From Rebecca billardiae RCC1528 (taxonomy: Eukaryota > Protista > Haptophyta): 64,000 nucleotides of DNA. Shown piece after piece: positions 23,501 to 34,927 of this stretch. The notes beneath the pieces are model-generated. The model had not been told where the DNA came from, ran no database searches, and saw only the letters and a list, made by a program, of their open reading frames with translations. The DNA lies in the NCBI GenBank assembly GCA_965240325.2, contig OZ251233.1, forward strand, positions 744,001-808,000, read 5' to 3'. The position numbers and the translations under genes were made by a program. Position 1 is the stretch's first letter. Each line of letters starts with the position of its first letter.

Positions 23501-26500
23501 GCTGTCGCTCAAGGAGCGTACCAACTTCATCCTCAAGCTCGTGCAGTTGGAGGGGCTGCACTCGGCGGAGCTGCAGCGGCAGGTGCTCTCGATGGTGCAC
23601 GCGCTGTACGCCGAGCCCGCCGCGCACCGCTCGCACGAGCTCATCGTCAAGATCGAGCGCGCCTTCATGTGGGGCCTCCGCTCGACAGACCCGGCCCTCC
23701 GCACGCAGTTCTTCGCGCTCTACGACGGCTCGATCGGGCGGACGCCTCGGCAGCGCGTCGAGTACGTGCTGCAGCTGCAGGACTGGGAGACGCTGGCGTC
23801 GACGTTCTGGCTGCGGCAGGCGGGCGAGCTGCTCCTCGCGCTGATCGCGCCGGCCGCGCCCGCGTGCGTGAGCGGCGCGACGCGGCCGCTGCCCACGCTC
23901 GAGCAGGCGAGAGAGCGCGCGGCGGCGGGCGGCAGCGCGGCGCTCGCGGCCGACACGGTGGCGCGCGCCACGCCCGTCGAGCCCCACGGCGCGGGCGCCG
24001 ACGCCGCGCTGCGCGAGATGCTGGGCGCGCAGCGCGCGCTGCTCGCCCGCATCGAGCGCGCCGCGCGCGGCGGCGCCGCCGACGCGTGCGCGGACGGCGC
24101 TGAGCTCGACGGCGGCGGCGGCGGCGGCGGCGCGGCGGCGGGCGGCGCGGCGGCCGGCGGCGCGGCCGCGGCGCCCGCCGCCGCGCCCGCCGCCGCGGGC
24201 GGCACGGCGGTCGCGCTCGCGCGGCTGCCGTGCGCGCGCTCGCTGATCGGCGCCGTGCGCGAGCTGCTGTACCACGACGACTCGAACGAGCTCGCCGCCG
24301 CGCTGTGGTGCGAGCTGCTGCCTGCGTTCTGGCGAACGCTGCGCGAGGCGGAGCAGGTGGCGCTGGTGAAGCCGCTCATGCAGCTGCTCGCGAAGGACCA
24401 CCACCGGCTGCAGCCCGTCGGCGGGCCGCACGGCCCGCACGTGGTGCAGACGCTGATGCACTCGCTCGCGCGCTGCGAGCCCGTGCCCAAGCTCCCCGCG
24501 CCGCTGTACAAGTACGTCGCCAAGACGTACTGCTGCTGGTCAGCCTCGCTCGCAGCGCTCGAGCTGCACGCCGCGCTGGCGCCGCACGAGCCCGAGTGGC
24601 TCGACGCGCTCGCCGACCTGTACGAGACGCTGGGCGACCAGGACGCGTGGCTGGGGCTGTGGCAGCACCGCGTGGCGCAGCCGCTCTCGCGCGCCGCGCT
24701 CTCGCACGAGCAGTACGGCCAGTGGGTGCGCGCGCAGACCATCTACGTGGAGGCGATGCGGCGCGCGCAGACGGGCGAGCTGACCGCGTCCAAGTCCGAG
24801 CTCGGCCTGTGGGAGGAGCGCTGGATCCAGTGCGTGCGGCACCTGAACCAGTGGGAGGCGCTGCGCGACTACGTGCGCGCCGTGCCGCAGCAGCAGTCGC
24901 CGCGGCTCGTGCTCGAGTGCCTCTGGCGCACGCCCGACTGGGCGGGGCTCATCGAGGCGTTTGCTAAGTCCCCGCTGCCCGAGTCGGCGCAGCTCAAGCT
25001 GTACCACACGTACGCGACACTCATGGAGGGCGGCATCCAGCTCGCGGAGCAGCAGTGCACGCAGGGGATCCAGCTCGCGCTGACGCAGTGGGCGCTGCTG
25101 CCGCCGCTCGCGCACGACTCGCACCTGCCGCTCCTCCACCTCTTCCAGCAGTACCAGGAGCTGCAGGAGTCGGCGCAGCTCATCGTCGAGCTGCAGACGT
25201 CTCAGCGCGCGGCGACGCCGCCCGACCTGCACTCGATCCTCACCACGTGGCGCGAGCGGCTGCCGAACCAGTGGGACCCGCTGCCCGCGTGGTCGGAGCT
25301 CGTGACGTGGCGCAACCACATGTTCGCGCAGATCAACACCTCGCTGCAGGCCATGCAGGACATCCCGCTGCAGCTCGCCTCCTCAGGGTACGAGCAGATG
25401 ATCTGGACGGTCGTGCAGTTTGCGCACGTCACGCGCGCGCACGGCATGTTCTCCGTCTGCCTCGGCGCGCTGTCGAAGCTGCCCGCGGTGCAGTCGCTCG
25501 GGCCGCAGGAGATGGCGGACGCCTTCCTCAAGCTGCGCGCGCAGCTCAAGTGCTACCGCCAGATGCCGCCGCAGGAGGCGCAGGTGGGGCTGGCGCTCGT
25601 GAACGCGACCTCGCTCGAGTACTTCCAGCCCGCGCACAAGGCGGAGCTGTTGAGACTCAAGGGCGACCTGTACGTCGCGGCGGGCGCGCCGGTGGAGTCG
25701 GAGCGCACGAACGCGGCGTACGCCGCGGCCGTCTCCGTCGACTACAAGTACGCCGACGGCTGGCTCGCGTGGGCCAAGTACTGCGACCGCGTGCTCGCGA
25801 CGAAGCCGGCGGCGGAGGCGGGCGCGTGGCGCGAGCGCGCGCTTGTGTGCTACGCGCAGGCGCTGCGCACGCCGAGCGCGCACACGCCGCTGCAGGCGCC
25901 GCGCGTGCTGCTGCTGCTCGCGGACGAGGCGGCGGCGGGCGGCGACTGCGACGCGTTCTGCAAGCTCTCGCCCGCCATCCCGCCCTGGATCTGGCTGCGC
26001 TGGCTCCCGCAGCTCATCGCGGCGCAGGCGCGGCCCGAGGCGCCCGCGGTGTGGCCGTTGCTTCTCGCGTGCGCGCGCCTCTACCCGCAGCCCACGTTCT
26101 ACGCCGTGCGCGCGCGGCTGCCGGCGCACGCGCTCGCGTCCGTCATGCCGCTGCTCGCGCCGCGCGCGGGCGCGCCCGCGAGCGCCGCGGCCGGCGGCGC
26201 GCCGCCGCCGCCCGCGCCGCCCTCTGGCGGGCTGCAGGCCGCGTCGGCGGCCGCGGCCGCGCAAGCCCAGGCGATCGCGGCCGCGGCGGCGGGCGGCCCG
26301 CTGCCCGACCCGCAGCCGCCACCGCTGCCGCCGTCGTTCGAGGGGCGGCTGCTCGGCGTGCTCGGCGCGGTGCGCGCGCAGCACGCCCTGCTCTACGCCG
26401 AGCTCGTCTCGCTGTGCGCGTGGGTGCACGCGCGCGCGCGGATGCACGCCGCCGAGTCGTTGCTCGGAACTGTCATGCACACCCTCCGCGTGTGCCACGC

Positions 26501-28578
26501 GCAGCGCGTGCGCGCGCCGGACGCGCTGCCGCCCGTCGTGCGCGCGCTGCTGCGCGAGATCCTCGCGACCCACCTCGGCGCGAACGGCGCCTCCTTCACC
26601 GACTCGGACGACCTCCCCGCCGACGTCGACGAGGGGATGCGCGCGGCCGCACGCTCGCGCTCCCTCCGCGAGCTGCTTGAGCCGATGCGCACAGAGCTGC
26701 TGTCGCTGCTCTCGTCCGAGCGCTCGGGGCCGGGCGCGCCGACGCTCTCGCGCGCGATCGACGTACTCTCGCGCTGGCGCAACACGCTGCTCGCCTCGTG
26801 CCGCGCGCTGCCCATGCAGCGCCCGCTCGGCGCCGTCGCCAAGCCGTGGCCGACGCTGCTGCACCAGCCACTGCTTGAGGTGCCGGGTCAGTACGAGAAG
26901 CTGACCTCCGAGCCCGCGCCCGACCAGCACGCGCGGATCGACGCGCTGCGCCGGCTGCTCGTGGCGAGGCTGGACGAGGCCACGGGCACCGTCGACCTGC
27001 TCATCACGCTGCGCGCGGACGACGGCTCCACCGCCTCCTTCGTCGTCGAGCACGCCGAGCGCGGCACCGCGCGCTCGGTCGACTACGAGTCCAGTCGGCT
27101 GCTCGGCCAGCTGGCGGTGCTGATCAACACGCAGCTCGAGCACGTGCGCGAGGCGCGGCGGCGGTGCCTGCAGCTGCACACGCCGACGCGCGTGCAGCTC
27201 ACGCGCTCCTCCTCCATCCGCGCCGCGGTGCCCTCCGTCATCTCGCTCGCCGCCGTGCACCACGCCTCGTGCGCCGCGCGCGGCGTGACCGCCGAGACAA
27301 GTGTCGAGTTTGCGCGCGCGCGGCTGGCGCAGACGCACGCGGCCGCGGGCGGCGCGGACGCGGAGAAGGCGCGCGCGCTGGCCGAGGTGGAGGTGCGCTC
27401 GCCGCGCCGCGCCGCGCCCGTGCCCACGCGCGCGCGCGCCGTGCCCACGCGCGCGCGCGCCAGCCGTGTGGGGCCCCGCCGTGACGCGCGCGCCTGACCG
27501 CCTGCGCCCGCCCCGCGCGCGCGCGCATGCCAGGCGCTCGAGGCGGGCGAGAAGGCGGTGCCGCCGACCGTGCTGCTGCGGCACATGCACTCCGTGCTGC
27601 CGGACGTGAACGGCTTCACCGCGTGGCGCAAGGAGTTTGCGCGAAGCCTCGGTGCGCGCGCGGCGCGCGGCGCGCGGCGCGCGGCGCGGCAGCGGCCGAC
27701 GCTCACCGCCGCCCCGCGCCCGGCCGCCACGCGTGCCGCAGGCGTGCACGCCCTGCTCGAGCACTCGCTCGGCCTCGCCCCGCCCTCGCCGCACCTGCTC
27801 TTCATCAACCAGGCCACGGGCTCGGTCGTGCGGCGCGACGAGGAGCTGCTGCTGCACCGGCCGAGGGCGGAGGAGGGCTCACACGAGCTGTCAGCCGTGC
27901 AGCTCGCGCAGAAGCCAAGCGTGCCGCCGAGCGTGCCGCTCAGGCTGACGCGCTCGCTGCAGGTGCGCGGCGCGCGCGCCCTCGGGGGGCGGCGCGGCGC
28001 CCGCCCCGCCCGCCCGCGCGCACTCGCGCCGCGTGCGCGCCGCGTGCCCCCGCCGACGACGCCTCTCCCCGCCCCCGCGCGCCCCGCTCCGCGCGCGCGC
28101 AGACGGCCCTCGGCCCGTTCGCGCTCGAGGGACCGTTCGTCGCGAGCATCGTCGGCGCAGCAGACGCCCTCAACCACCCCAAGTGCGCGCGCGCCCAACG
28201 CGCCCGCGCGCGCCCGGCTGCCGTGCAGGCGCGCCACGCGCCCTGGCCGCCCTCACACCCGGCTCGCGCCGCGCGCGCAGGTGCCCGCTCAGCGCGTGGC
28301 TGCAGCTGCTCGAGCGCGAGAGCGTCGTGCAGTGGGCGAGCTGGCAGCCGCCGCCCCCGGCGGCGCCGGTCGAGCCCGGGCAGCAGCCGCCGCGGCCGCC
28401 GCCCCACCCGGCGCGCGAGCGCATCAGCTCGCTCGCGCCCACCCTCGAGCCGATGGCGGGGAGCGGCGGGCAGCAGGTGACGACCAGCCTCAACCAGAAG
28501 GTGGCCGAGCTCATCTCCAACGCCACGAGCTCGACCAATCTCGCAAAGATGCCGCCGGGCTGGCAGCCGTGGCTGTAA
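13386..28578 (+). CDS. TRRAP: Transformation/transcription domain-associated protein TRRAP/Tra1 (PIKK pseudokinase, SAGA/NuA4 subunit), 7 exons
   Basis: Conserved blocks: EIRDSIEIVHTSEY.NFL, SFKVLTECPLIVMLLFQ, AAQVKTLSFLTY, LRTLEFWID, LGKLGGRNRRFL, RKDLIKFAWNHLK, FAT-domain TWRERLPNQWD, FATC end NLAKMPPGWQPWL*. Predicted GT-AG introns: 13444-13758, 22500-22649, 27393-27533, 27652-27741, 27963-28102, 28183-28280. They restore the frame. Confidence 0.96.
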
Positions 28579-29167
28579 ATCCACTCAGCTAGACCTAGTC
28601 GTGATGCGTGCCGCCGACGATTCTAAGGTTGATGATGATGACGACGAAGTGTCGTCGTAGTATACCGTAGCGCATCAGTATGTATATTCCGACGAGACGC
28701 GCGGAGTAGTACACTACTGGCACGAGCTGGCCGGGTCTCCGGGCCCGCGGCCCGCGCGCGCGGTCCGAGGCCGAGCGCCCCGTGTAGTACAATCCGCGCG
28801 ATTCCAGCTAGCATCGATCATACTACGTACGAGTTACGCGACTACATTATGTATTATATATATGTGGCGCGTCATCATCATCATCGCGAGCCCCGCTCGC
28901 ATTGGTTGTTCTGTAAGAACAAGCATGCGAGCGGAGCGAGTTTTCCGGTAGGACACGCGAAGTCCGGTGATTCTTACAAGGTTGATGGCCTTCCAATAGG
29001 TATCCCGAGGAATACAGTTTAGTCAGATCCCAATTGGGGCCAACGGTTTTTCGTGCAATCTGTCAGTCAACTCCCCCAGCTACGTCCCCGGGAACAGCAA
29101 GAGATGTAGTGATGATGATGATTCTAAGGTCGGATCAAGGGTCCGGAGTGTCGGATCCCTCCTCGCA

Positions 29168-30231
29168 AGGGCTGCGAACTCTGCCGCGCCGGTGAGAGGA
29201 GGTTGGGTATCGATCTCCTGGGGCGCCGCCCTGGAGGGCGCGTGGGGTGCGCACGCCGCGTGCTCCTGCGCCCGCGGCAGCGGGCGCGGACGCGGCGCGC
29301 GTGGTTGGTCGCATGCTAGACAGCACGTAGTGCCCTCCCACGCCGCGCGCCGCGCTCGCCGGCGCCCTCGCCGTGCCTCAGGCCAGCCCGCGCCCGCACC
29401 AAGAGCCAGCCGTGGCCACGCGCCAGCCGCCAGCGCGCGCGCGGTGCGCGGTGCGGTCGGCGCGGGGCGGGCGCGCGCCCGGGGCGAGGCTCGTGTACGA
29501 TCGGCGCGCGCCATGCCGCCACGCGCCGCCACGCTGGCGCCCGCATGGGTCGGCGCACGCGTTTTCATGCTGTCGAGTGTGCATTGGCCAAGTTTGAAAA
29601 TGCTCATGTTGAGACGATCACGGGAAGGCAGCGAAGCGCGATAGACATGCGCAGACCACTGATGTGTGAACGATTGGCATCCTATGATGGCGCAAGAGTC
29701 CCCAAGTCGTCGCATTCCTCGCACTGACGCGCTCACAGCCGCTTGTCCAAGCTCATTTCTGATGGCTGAGGAATGCTCGACGAGCACCCATCAGCAGCCG
29801 CGTGGAACGTGATCAAGCTCGTGTTCGGCGACGCGTGGCGGCATGGCGCGCGCCGATCGTACACGAGCCTCGCCCCGGGCGCGCGCCCGCCCCGCGCCGA
29901 CCGCACCGCACACCGCGCGCGCGCCGGCGGCTGGCGCGTGGCTACAACTGGATCTTGGTGCGGCGCGCGGGCGCGGGCTGGCCTGAGGCACGGCGAGGGC
30001 GCCGGCGAGCGCGGCGCGCGGCGTGGGGGGGTACTACGTGCTGTCTAGCATGCGACCAACCACGCGCGCCGTGTCCGCGCCCGCTGCCGCGGGCGCAGGA
30101 GCACGCGGCGTGCGCACCCCACGCGCCCTCCAGGGCGGCGCCCCAGGAGACATAGCCGCTGCGCCGCGAGGGCGCACGAGTTGATCGATACCCAACCTCC
30201 TCTCACTCGCGGCACTGGGAGTTAGCAGCCC
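29168..30231. repeat. Long inverted repeat (arms ~29168-29530 and ~29827-30231, ~300-bp spacer)
   Basis: The arms are near-identical reverse complements, e.g. GGTTGGTCGCATGCTAGACAGCACGTAG vs CTACGTGCTGTCTAGCATGCGACCAACC. The right arm carries a ~34-bp insertion near 30150-30183. Confidence 0.9.
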
Positions 30232-30263
30232 TGACCGCCCTTGCTCCACCGGCTCGTTCCTCA

Positions 30264-30920
30264 CGGTTCGGCAAGAGAGCAAGGACCCGTGAAGGTGCTT
30301 ACATCAGTTGCTCGCTCCCTTCATGAGATCGGTGCGCAGTGATCGGTGAAGGAGTGAGGACTGATGATGTATGAGCTGAGGAAGCCGGACAAACACCAAG
30401 CAAGCAGTGCCGGACCGCCACGGTTCGGCAAGAGAGCAGGACCCGTGAAGGTGCTTACATCAGTTGCTCGCTCCCTTCATGAGATCGGTGCGCAGTGATC
30501 GCGGTGAAGGAGTGAGGACTGATGATGTATGAGCTGAGGAAGCCGGACAAACACCAAGCAAGCAGTGCCGGACCGCCACGGTTCACGGCAAGAGAGCAAG
30601 GACCCGTGAAGGTGCTTACACCCGTGAAGGTGCTTACATCAGTTCACAGTTGCTCGCTGCCTTCATGAGATCGGTGCGCAGTGATCGGTGAAGGAGTGAG
30701 GACTGATGATGTATGAGCTGAGGAAGCCGGACAAACACCAAGCAAGCAGTGCCGGACCGCCACGGTTCGGCAAGAGAGCAGGACCCGTGAAGGTGCTTAC
30801 ATCAGTTGCTCGCTCCCTTCATGAGATCGGTGCGCAGTGATCGCGGTGAAGGAGTGAGGACTGATGATGTATGAGCTGAGGAAGCCGGACAAACACCAAG
30901 CAAGCAGTGCCGGACCGCCC
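30264..30920. repeat. Tandem array of ~157-bp unit (4 copies; 5th copy at ~32335-32487)
   Basis: Unit CGGTTCGGCAAGAGAGCA...GGACCCGTGAAGGTGCTTACATCAG...GGACTGATGATGTATGAGCTGAGGAAGCCGGACAAACACCAAGCAAGCAGTGCCGGACCGCCA starts at 30264, 30421, 30579 and 30763. Copy 3 has an internal duplication. Confidence 0.95.
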
Positions 30921-31367
30921 CGGCCGGCGGTGCGGAAGCACTGCGCAGGCGGGTCTACCGGATGCTTCGTGGCGCCCTCGCCAAGGCGCGCGCTTCTTGC
31001 GGCCGCAGATCTCCCAGTGGATGCGGCGCGTGGTCGGTGCCAAGGCGCATGCGGAATAGTGTGCGCCCCTCGTACCTGAACCTCACCCCGGCTGCTCGCC
31101 GGACCCAGCGCCATGACCGCTGCGCGCACCGCGTGCGCGTGCGGCTCGCCGAGTCTGCGGACGCTTCGTGGCAAACCGCGGGCGGTCAGAAGGATGCAGC
31201 AGCTTCGGGAGGTGCCGCATCGGAGTGCCTGCTGCTTCGAGCTGCTGGTTCTTGCTTCTCCCACCACCTGCGAGCACTCCCACCACCTGCGCGCTTGCTT
31301 CTCCCACCACTCCTGCGCGCTTGCGTCTGCTTGCTTGGCCGTCCCGCCACCTGCGCGCTTGTTTCTT

Positions 31368-32245
31368 GCGTGCAGCAGTACCATACCATGCACGCAGCAG
31401 TACCATACCATGCGCACAGCAGTGCCATACCATGCGCGCAGCAGTACCGCCAGTACCATACCATCATGCGTGCAGCAGTATCATACCATGCCGCGCGGCA
31501 CGGTACCATACCATGCGCGCAGCAGCAGTACATACCACCATGTGTGCAGCAGTACCATACCGCCATCATGCGCACAGCAGTACCATACCATGCGCGCAGC
31601 AGTACCATACCATCATGTGCGCAGCAGTACCTACCATGCATGCAGCAGTACCATACCATGCGCGCAGCAGTAGGCCATAACATACCATGCAGTACCATAT
31701 ACCATGCACACCGAGCGAGCAGTACCACACTACAGTGCGCGCAGCAGTACCATACCATGCGCGCCGCAGTACCATACCATGCGAGCAGCAGTACCATACC
31801 ATCATGCGTGCAGCAGTACCATACTACCATGCTTGCAGCAGTACCATACCATGTGCACAGCGGTGCCATACCATGCCATGTGAGTGCCATGGATACCATG
31901 CGCCCAGCAGTACCATAGTCCATACCATGTGTGCCGGCAGTACCATATGGCACTACTGCACGCATGGTAGGGATGGTACTGCTGCACGCATGGTATGGTA
32001 CTGCGCTGCAAGCATGGTCGTATGGTACTGCTGCGTGCATGATGGTATGGTACTGCTGCGCGCATGGTATGGTACTGCTGCGCACATGGTATGGTACTGC
32101 TGTGCGCATGGTAGTATGGTACTGCTGCACGCATGATGGCCGTACTGCTGCGCGCATGATGGTATGGTACTCAGCTGCGAGCATGGTATGGTACTGCTGC
32201 GCGCATGCGGTATGGCAATGGTACTGCTGTGTGCATGGTACACCG
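31368..32245. repeat. ~22-bp minisatellite (GCAGCAGTACCATACCATGCGC), forward to ~31946, then inverted
   Basis: Dozens of degenerate copies of CAGTACCATACCATG. After the palindrome CCATATGG (31943-31950) the unit reads ATGGTATGGTACTGCTGC. Confidence 0.95.
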
Positions 32246-32334
32246 TACAGTATGAAGCTGCGGAGAGAGCAAGGACCTGTGAAGGTTCCTCAGTTCAGCT
32301 TCCTCTCGGTTGCTTCCGGTTCCTCACTGTTTCA

Positions 32335-33260
32335 AGAGAGCAAGGACCTGTGAAGGTGCTTCAGCTTCCTCCGTTGCTCGCTCCCTTCATGAGATCGGTG
32401 CGCAGTGATCGGTGAAGGAGTGAGGACTGATGATGTATGAGCTGAGGAAGCCGGACAAATACCAAGCAAGCAGTGCCGGACCGCCCCGGCCGGCGGTGCG
32501 GAAGCACTGCGCAGGCGGGTGGCGGGTCTACGATGCTTCGCCCTCGCCAAGGCGCGCGCTTCTTGCGGCCGCAGATCTCCCAGTGGATGCGGCGCGTGGT
32601 CGGTGCCAAGGCGCATGCGGAATAGTGTGTGCCCCTCGTACCTGAACCTCACCCCGGCTGCTCGCCGGACCCAGCGCCATGACCGCTGCGCGCACCGCGT
32701 GCGCGTGCGGCTCGTAGTCGCGGCCACGCTTCGTCTGCAAACCGCGGGCGGTCAGAAGGATGCAGCAGCTTCGGGAGGTGCCGCATCGGAGTGCCTGCTG
32801 CTTCGAGCTGCTGGTTCTTGCTTCTCCCACCACCTGCGAGCACTCCCACCACCTGCGCGCTTGCTTCTCCCACCACCTGCGCGCTTGCGTCTGCTTGCTT
32901 GGCTCCCACCACCTGCGCGCTTGTTTGTTTCTTGCGTGCAGCAGTACCATACCATGCACGCAGCAGTACCATACCATGCGCACAGCAGTGCCATACCATG
33001 CGCGCAGCAGTACCGCCAGTACCATACCAACATGCGTGCAGCAGTACCATACTGTACCATGCACGTGGCAGTACCATACCATGCGCGCAGCAGTACTTAC
33101 CATACTGCTACCATGCGCGCAGCAGTACCATACCATCATGCGTGCAGCAGTACCATACCATACGACCATGTGAGTGCCATACCACGCGCCCAGCAGTACC
33201 ATACCATGCGCGCAGCAGTACCGCCAGTACTCTGTCACTACCATCATGCGTGCAGCAGTA
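32335..33260. repeat. Direct duplication of 30770-~31700 (157-bp unit + ~450-bp core + 22-bp satellite)
   Basis: 32480-32940 is near-identical to 30912-31375 (e.g. GCAGATCTCCCAGTGGATGCGGCGCGTGGTCGGTGCCAAGG). It is followed again by the forward satellite at 32935-33260. Confidence 0.92.
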
Positions 33261-33703
33261 TTGATGATAATGAAGTCGTGGTGGCCTGTGTGGCGCGCGG
33301 CGCTGACGGTCACGGAGCGGCCAGCGGGGCGAGCCCTGCATTCCGGTAGGACCGGGGTGAATGCAGCATTGCCGGGTGCAACCCGGCAATGCCCGCCTGA
33401 ATGGTATTTAGTATATATTACTTACGCGACGGCGGCGACGCGACGACAGACTTACGTTAGGCCACACCGGGAGCTAAGACTGAGACTGCGCGCGCTAGTT
33501 ATTACTACGCTATAGAATTCGATGCGATACGAACGTGACCAACCGGGGGGCGGACACGCCCGACGCCGCCGATCGGCCGAGTGGCAGCCCGAGTGAGTGC
33601 CCGACGTAGTCGTCGTTCATCCAGCAACGAATACGCACCCGCTACTCATCGTAGTCAATGACAATGCGCCGCATTCGCGCGCGTGCCATCATGATGCTGA
33701 TGA

Positions 33704-34927
33704 TCATCTGCCGCCGCTTCGAAGCTGACTGGGACCAGCGCTGCACTCGGGCGGCAGCGGGTAGTCCAGGCACACAAAGTCCTGCGCGTAGTACTCGCAC
33801 AGCTGGCGCACGACGGCCGGGTCGAGGTCGGCGCGCGTGAGCCGGCACGCCACCTGGCTCGTGCGCTCGCCGACCCGCGCGATCCAGTTGCCCGCCAGCC
33901 GCGCCGTGCCGAGCTCCTTGAGCTCGGCGCGCGGGCTGCCATGTCCGTACGGCACCGCGCGCAGCCGCACCGACTTGCGCCGCGTGGGCGTCTCGAGCTT
34001 GACGATCGCGCCGAGGCGCAGCCAGCCGGGCTCGAGCGGCCCACCGCGCGCGCTCGTGCGCGGCCGCCCCGGCTCGGCCACGCCCGCCGGGCCGAGCGCG
34101 GCCGCGCGCAGCGCGTCGGGCGGCAGCGTGCAGCCCAGGTCGTGCAGCTGCGAGCCGACGTGCGAATCGTACCGCAGCCGCGCGTACCGGCCGGACTCGG
34201 GGACGCGCTGGGCGTACGGCGCGAGCATGCCGTCGACGTACTCGTGCATGAGCTCGAGCTTGCGCTCGCACGCCGGCGGGCGCGGCGCCGGCTCGGGCCT
34301 CGCCCAGCCGCGCCGCACCGTCGTGCCTTCGGTCGCGGACAGCATCGTGTTGTATGCGCTCACGAAGCGGTCGATCGGCTCGCGCACGGTGGTGAAGGCG
34401 AAGAAGGCGGTGGGGTCGGCGTGGCGCGGGACGAGGCGCTGCGGGTTGCAGTGCTCCATCTTCCGCGGCTTCAGCTTGTGCACCACCGTGCCGTTCTCCG
34501 CGTACAGCGTCGTGTGCGAGCGCGAGCCCGCCTTGTGCACCGACGCATACCCGACAAGCCCGTCCGTCTTGAGCTCATTCTGGCCCATCTCGTAGTACGA
34601 GCCGTAGCACAGGCCCTCGCGCGTCCACGCGCGCCGCCCGACCAGCGGGCGCGAGCGTAGCGTGAGGTTGAGGTCGGACGGCGCGCAGGGCAGCTCGAGC
34701 GCGTCCGGCAGCCGCTCGCCGCCCGCGCCCGCGTACAGCCGCTGGCACGTGCGCGTGTACAGGCTGAGCGTGGAGGCGTGCGCCGCGCCCGCCTCGCTCC
34801 GTGCGCGCGCGCGCGCGCGCTCGATGCGCGCAAAGACCGTCGGCGAGGGCGCCGAGGGCGCGGCCACCCGCCCGAGGAGGATGACGACGATAGGGCAGAG
34901 CCTCGGCCGACGCGGCCGCGCCGCCAT
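33704..34927 (-). CDS. Sulfotransferase family 2-like (carbohydrate sulfotransferase-like) protein
   Basis: 5'-PSB-like VHKAGSRS, 3'-PB-like FTTVREPIDRFVSAY, C-terminal LCEYYAQDFVCLDY. N-terminal hydrophobic stretch. Start ATG uncertain (34927 or 34954). Confidence 0.8.
   Translation of the reverse strand: MAARPRRPRLCPIVVILLGRVAAPSAPSPTVFARIERARARARSEAGAAHASTLSLYTRTCQRLYAGAGGERLPDALELPCAPSDLNLTLRSRPLVGRRAWTREGLCYGSYYEMGQNELKTDGLVGYASVHKAGSRSHTTLYAENGTVVHKLKPRKMEHCNPQRLVPRHADPTAFFAFTTVREPIDRFVSAYNTMLSATEGTTVRRGWARPEPAPRPPACERKLELMHEYVDGMLAPYAQRVPESGRYARLRYDSHVGSQLHDLGCTLPPDALRAAALGPAGVAEPGRPRTSARGGPLEPGWLRLGAIVKLETPTRRKSVRLRAVPYGHGSPRAELKELGTARLAGNWIARVGERTSQVACRLTRADLDPAVVRQLCEYYAQDFVCLDYPLPPECSAGPSQLRSGGR

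Noticed and set aside
13263-27497. 4744-aa ORF taken literally as the TRRAP protein
   Set aside because: It reads through two in-frame introns and upstream UTR and stops inside intron 3. The spliced model starts at 13386 and ends at 28578.
15279-27857. Many long antisense/off-frame ORFs (up to 1195 aa) over TRRAP, also 41709-44927 and 60730-63210
   Set aside because: Arg/Ala/Gly-rich shadows expected from very high GC and biased codon use. They show no domain motifs.
30264-33260. CRISPR-like array
   Set aside because: Units are contiguous tandem copies with no unique spacers. There are no cas genes and the context is eukaryotic.
30962-33389. ORFs with QQYHTM/AVPYHA/SSTIPC or MVWYCC repeats
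   Set aside because: They are translations of a 22-bp satellite cycling through three frames. Indels are not frame-preserving.
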